From assembly GCA_028534125.1 (NCBI GenBank), contig CM052818.1, positions 43,154,001-43,218,000 on the forward strand: a stretch of 64,000 nucleotides of DNA, in the 5' to 3' direction. A model generated the notes under the pieces. It worked only from the letters and a program-made list of their open reading frames with translations. It was not told the origin of the DNA and did no database searches. A program made the position numbers and the translations under genes. The stretch comes from Lama glama (Eukaryota). The stretch's first letter is position 1; every line of letters begins with the position of its first letter. Shown in pieces: positions 25,536 to 36,660 of the stretch.

Positions 25536-25987
25536 TGTTACGGAAACGACAGGCCAGTCAAGAAACAAGCACCACTCGGAGGGTTGGAGTACTCAGATGT
25601 ATTACGCCGGCGGGCTCAGAGGGGCTTCTGCTCCGAAGCTCTGAGCACCTTCAAGATGTGCACATGAGGTTTTATAGGGTAAAGTACAAGCTTGGGGTAT
25701 TCGGCCAATAGGCATGGAACAGCTTTAGCAGCATTATCATCACAAAAGCGGAGGCGGGGAGGCAGCAAACCAACATTCCAAAGCCAGATATGTATCTTTG
25801 AAAATCCAGCTGTTTAGCAAAAAACATAAACAGCAAACCAACACTAATTAACTTAGATTTACAAGTTAGTCTAGCAGAAATCAGATCAGTATTCCAATAC
25901 TTAGACTTGTTAGCCCAGCCCAGACTCTCCTTCACATTCCTAGACTTGTGAGTTATCTTGTTAGACCAGCCCGGCTTTTCCTTCACA
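25536..25987 (-). mobile_element. young ERV1-class solo LTR, 452 bp
   Basis: TGT...ACA termini; 4-bp TSD ATAT (25532-25535 and 25988-25991); minus-strand TATAAAA (25676-25670), CCAAT box at ~25705, AATACA poly(A)-signal variant (25603-25598); many CpGs retained. Confidence 0.9.
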
Positions 25988-26606
25988 ATATAACAAAGAT
26001 GGTGCATGATATACTAGAATGTAAGATCTAGCGATGTGCATCCACCTTCCCCTTGGAACAACCTCAAGTGTGTACTTAGAGTGACCATGGCAGTGGAAAA
26101 TTATAAACATATTTATAACATAAGAAAGGGTGTCTAATCCTGAGTTCATAGACACAGAACTCAGACCTAGAATGACCTTGATAAAGGGCAGTTGCTTCTA
26201 AGAAGATTTTGACTCAAGGTTAAAGAAATAAGCATGCATCATCGATTTATCTAGAAATATATTAATTTTCCTTTTATAGTAATTTTTAAACAATTTTTTT
26301 AACAATAGGGTGCTTTTCTGCTCCATCAAGTTTTTTTCTGCTTCCTGGTGAACCTTTTTCATCAGATAAGATATATGAAGACCTCCTTCTCCAAAGTGTA
26401 TATAAATAAATGCCAGACTCCCCTAAAACACAGAAGACATGAGAATGAAATACCATAGATGTCATATATTCCATAACTATCAGGACTGCAGTTAGAATGA
26501 TTACATGTATGTATGAACTATTATTTTCCATATGCAGTCAAATGCCAAATGTTATTTCAGTAATTAAAACTGAACTTGGGTAATTTATGTTTGACTCATT
26601 TATAGG

Positions 26607-26608
<2 letters not shown>

Positions 26609-26646
<38 letters not shown>
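26609..26646. repeat. (GT)19 microsatellite
   Basis: Perfect GT run. Confidence 0.95.
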
Positions 26647-26647
<1 letters not shown>

Positions 26648-27319
26648 GGGGGTGCAGGAGGCTGTTACTGACTTGGAAGACACCAGACTCCCCTAATAAA
26701 AAAACAAAAGATTGAATCAATCAGTTGTATACGTTACACCAAGTAACAACAATATTTCTAATTAGTATATTTTGGGCTTTTTGTTTGTCTTTTTTTAATA
26801 CTGTGAGAGACATGCTGATAAGAACATTTCTATTTAATCTGTAAGTGTCATAGAGTTTCCAAAGATAGAGCAAAAGTCTATCTGTCACATAATATCAATA
26901 GGTGCATTTGCTATTGTCTGTAAAGAATTTATTATAATACAATGAAATCTCATCCATTTCCCATCTCTTTATTTTCATACTGTTTTTTAAAATTTTTCTA
27001 GAGTTTACAATTTACATCCTAATTTATCATAATCAACTTTAGCTTTATATTGGCTTAGTGCCAGTAAAATATATCACCATTTCCTTCTTGCCAAATATAA
27101 ATTATTATTTTTATAAGCATTGCATTTATCTATATTAAAAACAAAAAATACATAGGTAAAATTGTTACTTTAGATGGTCTCATATATTTCAAAGAAGTAG
27201 AGGTGAAGTGGCAACTGTTTTTTGAAAGGCAACAGGCCGTTGAGTCAGCATCAGTGGAGCGTGTAGCATGTATTCTCTAAGTGAGTCTCAATACTTGTTT
27301 CTGCCGCTTAATAACTTCT

Positions 27320-27500
27320 GGTAGCAAGTGAATTACTAAACCCCTTTGTACTGATTTTCTTCATTGATGGTTTGGAAATAATAATCGTACTTACATCACA
27401 GGGCAGCTCTTGAAGATTAAATGATTTCATATGTGTAAAGCATTTAGGACAGTAATTGGCATACAGTAAGCCCCCATTAATGCTAATGACTATTAACATT
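27320..27500 (+). mobile_element. MIR SINE
   Basis: 'aataataatcgtacttacatcacagggcagctcttgaagattaaatgatttcatatgtgtaaagcatttaggacagtaattggcatacagtaagccccc'. Confidence 0.8.
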
Positions 27501-28004
27501 TCTCAAAAAAACCTGAAATTTTTATCTCTTTTATCTCTTTTCACTTTTCATCTCTTGACTGTTTTCAATGAATATCATTGCCATTATCTTTTTTTTTTTT
27601 TTTTTGCTTATGCCAAAGACTCCAGTGACCATTAAAATCTCTTCCATGATCCCTCAAATCCAAATCATTCATTTTAACGATTCCTTCTCAGAACTGCTTC
27701 CGGCCTTCACTCTTTCCAGCTTCCATAGGCTCATCCCACGGCCAAAACTATGTATCTGGATTTTTAAAATAGGTTTCCCCCCTTCTCGTGTCTTGTTATT
27801 ACCAGAGCAGTCATTCTAAAGAACAATGTAATTACATTACACCTTGCTAAACCATGCTTTTTAATTGCTTGCTGATTAAATTTTATGGTTTGTGATAGCT
27901 AAGGCTCTTCAAGATTTCAGCCCAGCCAGTCTTAGATCACATGTCAGTCTTCCTTATATAATTTTCAATTTGTCTTAGTTCCCAAACATGGCCATGCTTT
28001 ATCA

Positions 28005-28350
28005 TAGCCGACGCTTTGTATCTGTGGGGTTTTTTTCTGCAGGTTCAACCAACCGTGGGTCAAAAACAGTCAGATAAATTCTGAATGTTTGAAAAAGCAA
28101 CATTAGAATTTACCACGTGCAGGCAACAACCTGCACAGCTTTTACATTGCATTTACAATGTTCTACATAGCATTTAAATTGTATTAGGTATCATGAGTAA
28201 TCTAGAGATGATTTAAAATATGGAGGAGGGTGTGCATAAGGTTACATACAAATACAATGCCATTTTATATAAAGGACTTGAGCATTGCTGGACTTTGGTG
28301 TCTTGTAAGGGTGCTGGAATCAATCCCCCATGGATCTCAAGGGAGGGTTG
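28005..28350 (-). mobile_element. MER2/MER2B non-autonomous Tigger-family element
   Basis: 'gtattaggtatcatgagtaatctagagatgatttaaaatatggaggagggtgtgcataaggttacatacaaatac...gggtgctggaatcaatcccccatggatctcaagggagggttg' followed by TA. Confidence 0.9.
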
Positions 28351-28352
28351 TA

Positions 28353-28660
28353 CAGGATCTCCCCGTTTAATTGCACTTCGCTTTACTGAGCTTCCTAGGA
28401 GTTGCCGGTTTCATAAATTGAAGATTTGTGGCAACCTTATGTTGTCAAACGATGATTAGCACTTTTTAGCATAAAGTATTTTTTAATTAAGGGACACTTT
28501 TTTTAAACGTAATGCTATTACACAATAAGCTACAGTACGGTGCAAACATAACTTTTATGCACACTGGGAAACCAAGAAATTTGTGTGACTTGCTTTATTG
28601 AGATACTCACTTTACTGCAGTGGTCTGAAATGGAACCCCCAAATATCACTGAAATGCCTG
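28353..28660 (+). mobile_element. Tigger1 internal-deletion derivative (MITE-like), both termini present
   Basis: TA-cagg...'ttgcacttcgctttactgagcttc...aaattgaagatttgtggcaacc' joined to the Tigger1 3' end '...gcagtggtctgaaatggaacccccaaatatcactgaaatgcctg'-TA. Confidence 0.9.
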
Positions 28661-30554
28661 TAATTTTTCTCTTTTTGCCTTCTCTTGTCCTTTTATTTTT
28701 TTCTTTCACTTATTATTTTTAATACAAATACTATGTTCCTGCCAAAGACACAGTAAAACACTGAATCAACATCTCCACAGTAGGGCATGGAATATCCCTG
28801 GGTGTTTCTGCTGATCAGCCCATTTGGAGAACCACAATTCTCACACATCTTTTTCTAAAATGTGTCTAAAGAGCACATTTTTGTCAGGTGTTAATAGGGA
28901 TAATGGGAAAGAAATAGCACTGCTGTCAAATAAGTTTTAGAACTCTGGTTTCAACTACATAGAATTATGAGACCTCCACCTTTTTATTTCTCAATAGCAG
29001 AATATATTCTTTAAGTTTTTTTGTGTTCAGAATGTCATGTCTATACCATATAATTTCAAGTCCTTTTCCTTTGTATATAGCGATTTAACTCCTTGTAACT
29101 CCTAGTAACCGTGGACATGAGAGAAAGGTCTGTGTCCCAGTCATCTTTATGCACCACGCTTGTCTACAGCCCTTCCTAGCAATGCCATCCAATAAGCATT
29201 CATGAAATGAACTTTAAAAAGAGTAGCCGAGGCTCTACAGAGCTCAGAAATCTGAAGGTCATCCTTAAGGGACAGAGACCCGTCTTTCCATATGTCTCCC
29301 AATGTTTCTGTAAAGCTTTCACTGCCGGTAGTACTCTTTTATATTGAATCCCTTTTATTTGAAGATAAAACATCTTAATGAATAGTAACAGCATCTCTAC
29401 TGTGCCCTTAACCTTCACCTCCCTTCACCCACCTAATGAACAGATTTGACACCTGAAAAGTATCTTCAAGAAAATTAAAGGAATGAATCCAAACTTCTCA
29501 CATCAGAACCTGTGGCTCATTTCAGTAGGGATTTGGGGATTTCTAGAGCACCCTTAATTTTCACTTTTTCCCTCTTTTTAAAGGAAAATTTATTAATATT
29601 ACATTGAATTTAATTCAAATTCAGTGTAGAGGAGGTGGGATAACAATAAATTACTTAATAAATATAATTTTCTAGAACATTTTTACTTATTTCAGAATTA
29701 AAGTTTTATATTGAATATGGAAAATTATTTAGTCAGGTCAAAAAAAATTATTTTCTTCAAAATTTATGTATAATAAAAGATGGACATTATCTGAACTTGA
29801 TATAAAATATTATTATTTTTGTAGAGGGTTACATCTAAGGAACAATTTTAATGTAAAAATCATGCTCTCTCCCCTCCACTTTCCAAGTGTTTTTTTCTTC
29901 CATTTCTGCAACATTATCTATAAAATCTCCATTAGTCTGAAGAGTCTTATGACTCATCTTAATATAGTTTAATGACTATGTACTTTGTAGCAAATTAAAT
30001 CTGATTAAGTGAGGATTTTAAGATGAAAATAATACTTCCATTTAAAATTCGCAATCTGATTTTTACATATCCTTAAATCTCGTTTTAAAAGCTTCATATT
30101 TTAGTTCCTTGGATCTCATTTGAATGTGAAACTGTGCACATTAAAAATAGAAATATTGTTTCAGAAACCTGGGAATTAGATATGTAGACATAAATTTAAT
30201 AGGAATTTAGAAGGCACAAACATTTTTGGCATTTATTGTGCACTGTTGGACTGCATCAGTGACTCATTAAAGTTCATTAAAATAAAGCTGGGGCTCTAAT
30301 GGACTATTTGAATGTTCCTATTAGAGACAGGATAAAAATATACAAATTTTGTTATTTTTACGTCTAAGAAACTCTGGACAAGTGAAATTTCTTTCCCTAG
30401 CATTTATACTCTAAGTCTTTGTTAAGTAAAAAAAACCCACTGTTTTTATTTATGCTGATTCTATCTCATTCTGACAATCATGAGGTGAGTCCAGTAGTCT
30501 GAGGTACCATGATATAGAAGCAAAACACAGAGCTAAGGATCTGGGCATCCAAAC

Positions 30555-30850
30555 ATTTGGGTATGGATTTGACATTGTTCAGAAGTAAGGACTCCTCTTA
30601 ATGAAAGTGAAAGAAACAAGTGGAAAATTCTTTAGGCAAGATGGAAAGGGTTACTGGCTTCCCTAGAAGACATTCGAAGTCTAGTGCTAGACTGGTCCCT
30701 TGCAGATTTGAATTGGGCTGCTCAACTGATGCCACAGGAATTTATTCTGACTTTTCCTAGTTTGGTTATGTTGTCAGGCAGGTTCTGCCTATCTGTGACA
30801 AAGATGACCACTAACAACACCTTTGGGTTTATATTATACTAGCTTAGAAT
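30555..30850 (-). mobile_element. old MaLR LTR fragment (MLT1J/K-like)
   Basis: 'aggcaggttctgcctatctgtgacaaagatgaccactaacaac' resembles old MLT1; weak. Confidence 0.4.
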
Positions 30851-31039
30851 TGGCGATTTGACCATTGGAACATCCCCGTTTTATTCACTATCATTCTAAT
30901 AAGCCATACCAGAAGCAGCAGGTGACATTAGCTCTAGCAGAAATAGATAGAAACACGGTTACTCAAAGGAAAAAAACAGTGTGCTCTGATCAAAAAAGGC
31001 ATAATGAATGATAGGCAGGGGAAAAAAACCCCAGATTCT

Positions 31040-31660
31040 CCTGAAGATGCAAACTAGATATGTGAACTCATACCCACTTTCCACTCGGGATAAGTGCTGT
31101 CGTGCCCACAGCCATGAGGGTGGGGATGTCTGGAGTGCTGGGGGCCCAGTCAAATCCCTGCCTGTCCAACCCCTGCGGGGGCAGGACTGCCACCTCAGTG
31201 GGTCTGAAAAGAAAGTGGAGTCCCTACCCCAGCGGGTCCAGGAGGTGCGACCTCCATCCACGCTAGTGGGTCTGGAGGCAGAGTAGAAAAAGAGGATGAC
31301 TCTCCAGCCTTAGAGCTCACAGTGTTTGCCTTGTAGTCGGTTACATGGGGCCAGACTCCTTTATTCTTCCTTAGGTTCCCTTTTTAGAATGAAACGTCTA
31401 TCCTTTGCCACCATGGTATTTTGGAAACATATCACTTGTTTGCTTTCACACGTTTAGAGCTGAAGAGCGATTTGCCTCAGATGAATCATAGTCTGAATCT
31501 CATCCGCGTCTGATTTAGTTGATATTTAGATGAGACTTTGGATTTTAAATTTTAACTTTAAAATTGATGCTTGAACCAGTTGACTTTTGAGGTTGCTGGG
31601 ACGCAGTGAATGTACATTGCATGTGATAAGGACATGGATTTGGGGCGAACAGTGGTAAAA
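31040..31660 (+). mobile_element. MLT1 internal region, 3' part
   Basis: 'atttgcctcagatgaatcatagtctgaatctcatccgcgtctgatttagttgatatttagatgagactttggatttt...gaatgtacattgcatgtgataaggacatggatttggggc' abutting the LTR. Confidence 0.8.
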
Positions 31661-32010
31661 CGCTGTAAACGGAATGTTTGTGTTCCTCCTAAATGTATAT
31701 GTTGAAATCCTAATCCCCAGTGTGACAATATTCGATGGTGGAGCTTTTAAGAAGTGTTTAGGTCATGGGGTGGGGCCCCCATGAATGAGATTAGCACCGT
31801 TATGGAACAGACTCCAGCGAGCTTCCTCATCCCTTCTGCTGTGTGAGGACACAGCATGTCTGAACCAGGAAGTGGGCCCTCACCAAGCAGAGTCTGCCAG
31901 GACCTTGATCTTGGACTTCCAGACTCCAGACGGCAAACAACAAATGACTGTGATTTATAAGCCACCTGGTCTGTGGTGTTTTGTTTCAGCATCCTGAGCA
32001 GATTAACACA
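31661..32010 (+). mobile_element. MLT1A-type MaLR LTR
   Basis: 'gaatgtttgtgttcctcctaaatgtatatgttgaaatcctaatccccagtgtg...ccttgatcttggacttccagactccaga...tttataagccacctggtctgtggtgttttg...aacaca'. Confidence 0.9.
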
Positions 32011-32477
32011 GTAAAACTGCATCCTTTCCATAGGAAGTTAAAGATCTAAAATTCTATGTCAAAACTGTTAAAGTGTTTAGAATTTACCAGGGTAGTATTT
32101 CAGCTTTGTGACACATTCTATAATATTCAAAATATTTTTAATCTATTTTGAGCAAAAATATCACTCATATTCTGAATTCTTTATCTTGTTGCTTGCATAG
32201 CATTTTGATGGAACAAGAAGAAAATCCACTTGCCTATTCTTATAAACCTTAGCAATACACATACTTTCTGGTATAAATAAAATATTCAATTAAAGGATTT
32301 AATTATTTTAGGGTTTTCTTTATTCTATTAAAAAAATGTAGATCCATAGGCTACTAGATTTGGCAGGAACCCTAAAAGTAACCAGTCTATATTGTGACAA
32401 AGCTAAAAATCAATGTTTCAGATTGCTTAATTACGATGTTTGCCGTTAGACTGGTGTCTTATTTCATAGCCTGAGAG

Positions 32478-32900
32478 TACAAACAACACGTGTCCATCAG
32501 CTAATGAATGCATAAACAAATTATGGCACCCCATGGTGGAATATTATTGGGCAATTAAAAGTAATATAGTGATACATGGTACAGCATAAATGAACCCTGA
32601 ACACTTAATGCTAAGTGAAAGAATCCAATCACAAAAGACCACACATTGTATGATTCCATTTGTATAAAATGATCAGAGTAGGAAAATGTCCAAATAGAAA
32701 CAGTAAAGAGATTAATGGCCTCCTAGGGATAGGGAAATGGAGAATAATTGCTAATGGTAAGGGTTTTCTTTTGGGGGTAACAAATAAATTGTAAAATTAA
32801 ACTATAGTGGTGATTGCACACTAAACACCATTAATTATAAATTTTAAATGAGTTAAACATGTGAATGGCATGTGAATTAAATCTCAGTAAAGCTGTAAAA
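32478..32900 (+). mobile_element. L1MB/ME 3' end
   Basis: 'gtccatcagctaatgaatgcataaacaaattatgg...ctaagtgaaagaatccaatcacaaaagaccacacattgtatgattccatt...tctcagtaaagctg'. Confidence 0.85.
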
Positions 32901-34469
32901 ACACTCATGTCCCATGTTACTTAATTATAGTATTTGCACTCTTACTTATTTGTAAGTATCTTATTCGTCTAGTTCGTTAAATTACACTTGTGCAATCAGT
33001 AAGAGTTTCTATGGAATAAGAATTAGGAATCCATGCTGCACTTAAAGCTAAAGGTACTAGGACATAGATGTTTTGCCTGCTTGATTCTGGATTTTGCATA
33101 CCTGGCTTAGATTCCCAACTTTGCCACTTAGCTATAGAAACATAGATTTATAACTTATCTTGAAAGATTCTTGGTTTACTGTTTCCTAAAGTGAACATAA
33201 CAGTAGTATCAAACTTCTAAGTTTATTTTCAGAGTCAAGTAAAATATGAACATATAGCATTAAGTGCCTTGCTTATGGCAAAACTGTGTACCAGGTAAAG
33301 AGTAATGACATTTCAACATACTTGTATAAAGATGATTAACATTTGCTTCTCTGACCTTCAGGGGTTTTTGTTTGTTTTTGTTTTAAGGATATGGCAAAAC
33401 AAATAACTGCAAAACTATAAATAATATGAACCTTAAGGGATTATTATAAAATAGAACAAAAATAAAATTTGGGGGAAGAAGTTTACTACAAGAGGATAAT
33501 AATCAGGTCATCAGGGGATAAAGTCACTAAAAATTTCTCAAAATACCAGAAAAATGTATGAAGACTGAAAAGGGGCATGGAAGAAAGCATGTTCTCCATC
33601 CTGATTTGGAAAGACAATTTGAAATATTCTGCTCATCCCCACGGAAACAGGCACATCCAAAACCTTAAGGGAAATGGTTTATTCTTTCTAAGGCACAGAG
33701 TTTATTGTATTTTATGCCACTTCCTCCTCTGAATGATAGTCACTTCACCTCCAGAAAACTTGGATTCCTTGTATATAAGCTTTACACATTCAGCTCTAAT
33801 TTTCTCCAAGCTTAAAATGAATGCTATTAGCGGACCAATTAAAGGGATAAAGTTCACCAATGTATAAATTAGAGCTGCTGAATTAATACTCCCTTCAGGA
33901 TTTCAACAAAGTTTAATAAGCAGACCCCAAGGATAAATTATAATTGAAATACCTGTTTTTCCTGATGGGAAAATAGTTTTCTTTCTCTCAAATGCATGTT
34001 TAAAAACATTGATAGTTCTAAAAGCATTGTGGTGGGGTAATGTCTATGCAAAGGGCGCTGAAGCTCATGTGACATCAGGGTGAAGTTCCCTGTCTACTTT
34101 CAGGAAAAGTTAAACTCTCTATCTTCATCTAGGCTCCTATAATAAATTATAGACCATGCTTTAATTCCTCCTATTGAATTGTAATTATTCGTTTTTAAGC
34201 TGTAGGAAGCATAAACTTTTGAATTCTTAAAACTCAGGGTTAAACTTTGTTACCAAATTCTTTGACCTTTAATTTTTTTTCTTTTTATTTAAAATGAATT
34301 TCCTCAAGGTCTTGGATTTATAATGCTTCATTTCTGTATACAAAACTGGTTCTTTTGGGATTCACCCGTGACTCAGTGTTAACCACTGATTTGTAACAAA
34401 TACACTCAGTTACCTCACAGATTCTTTACATATAAAGGGGATTCATTTAAAAATGCCCCAGGGAAATTG

Positions 34470-36660
34470 AAAGTTTTGTATTTTGATGAAGTCTAATTAA
34501 TCCGTTTTTTTTCTTTTGTTGCTTGTGTTTTTGGTGTCATAGAGAAGAAACTATTCCTTACTGTGAGGTCATGAAGATTTACGCCTATATTTTCCTCTAA
34601 GAATTTAAATTTTAGCTCTCACAATGAGACGTTTGGTCTATTTTGAGTTAAATTTTATATATGGTGTAAGGAAGGCAATAGACTTCATTACACTGAATGT
34701 AGATACTGAGTTATCACAGCCTAATTATTTGAAAAGACTGTGTTTCCACGCTGAATTTTCTTGATATGCTTGTTGAAATAAATTGACCACAGATGTATGG
34801 AGTTATTTTTGTACTATGAAGTCTATCCATTTGTTGATATTACTGTACTTAATGCTTTATAATTTTAGCAAGTTTGGAATGCGAAAGTACAAGTTCCCCA
34901 AGTCTATTGTCATTAAATAATAAATTATATACATAGTATTTTATACAATTGCTTTCAAAATCAATGAAAAGAGAAACAGGAAATACACATTTTTACCATC
35001 ACTTCTAATTACATGGTTAATTTCATCAATGTCTATATTTTTAATGTGCATTTTAGCTACTGTTTTCTCTCTAAAGATGCCCTTTAGTATTTCTTCCAAG
35101 TTGGTTTGCTAGCAATGAATTATCTTGACTTTCATTTATCAAGTAATGTTTTTATTGTGTCTTGTTTCCAAAAGTTAGTTTTACTATATAAAAATTGATT
35201 GACAAGTTGTTGTTTTTGTTTTGGTTTTGGTTTTTTGTCCTTTTGGCACTTCGAATATGCCACCCCACTGCTTTCTGGACTTCACTTTTTCTCATGAGAA
35301 GCCAGTTCTTCATCTTGTTGCGATTTGTATACGTATGACAATTCTTTGATCTCTTTCTTCTTTCAAAATTTTCTCATAGTCTTTGCTTTTAGCATTTTTA
35401 CTATAATGCATCTTTTTTTTTGTTTATCTCACTTGGAGTTTGTTGAGTGTCTTGAATGTATAAGCTAATGTTTTTAAAAGATCAAATTTGGTAAAAATTT
35501 AGCCATAATTTGACTTTTTTCCTGCTCTTTTTGTCCTCTCCTCTTACTCTGGTCCCATTAGGCTTATATTTGTTGAGGTGAATGGTGTCTTATCTTTATG
35601 TGATGATTTGTACATTTTTCTTCATTCTGTTGTTCTCCTAGTTTTTAAATTACACGCTCTCTTTCAACCTATTGTCAAGTTCACTGGTTCTTTTTTCTAC
35701 CAATTAACTCTTCTGTTGAGCTCCTCTAGTGAATTTTTCATTTCACTTATTTTATTTTAAAACTCCAGAATTTTAACTTGCTTTTTTAAAAAAATAATTT
35801 CTCTTTATTTATATTCTCTATTTGGACTGACACTGATATCAAAACTTTAAATTCACCCGCTTAAATTGCATAGTTAATGTTTTTAGTATTTACATAGAGT
35901 GTGCAACCATCACTTAATCTGAGTTTAGAACATTGCATCTTCCCAAAAGAAAGCCTGTACCATTTGCACTTACTTCACATCACATACACCAAATATCGTG
36001 CAACCAATAATCAACTTTCTCTGCATATATATTTGACTATTCTGAACATTTAATATAAATGAAATAATATAATATATGGTCTTCTATGAGTTGGTTCTTT
36101 TGCTTATTCTAATGTTTTCAGGTTTTTACCCATGTTTTAGCCTGCATCAGTACTTCATTGATCTTTGTTACCAAATAATATTCTACTGTTTAAATACACT
36201 ACATTTTATTTATGCATTTGTCAGTTGATAAAGATTTGAGTTGATTCCATTTTTTTGGCTTTTATGAATAAGACTGCTAGAAATATTTATATACAAATCT
36301 TTGTGTGTTCATGTAGTTTCTCCAGAGCATATACTTAAGAATGGAATTGCTGGGTCATATGGAAATTCTGTACATAAACTTTTGAGAAACTGATATACTA
36401 TTTTATACTGCAACCAAAAAATATACATGGGTTCCAATTTTTCCACATTATCAAAAAAAATTATTATTGTCTATCTATTTAGTTATAGCAATGCTAGTGA
36501 GTGTGAAGTGGTATCTAATTGTGTTTTTTATTTGCATTCCCTTTATAACATGATACTGAGCACCTTTCACGTGTCTACATGCCATTTGTTTATATTCTTT
36601 AGAAAAAAGTCTAATCTTTTTTCCCATTTTGAAAGTGGGTTGTTGTCTTTTTGTTAATGT
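34470..36660 (-). mobile_element. cluster of antisense L1 fragments (ORF2 piece, ORF1 piece, L1MA/MB 3' end from ~35850)
   Basis: 'ttttgatgaagtctaattaatcc...ttttggtgtcatagagaagaaac'; 'ccactgctttctggacttcac...gagaagccag'; 'aatggaattgctgggtcatatgg'; ORF 36475(-) 'MQIKNTIRYHFT' is the L1 ORF2 C-terminus. Confidence 0.85.
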
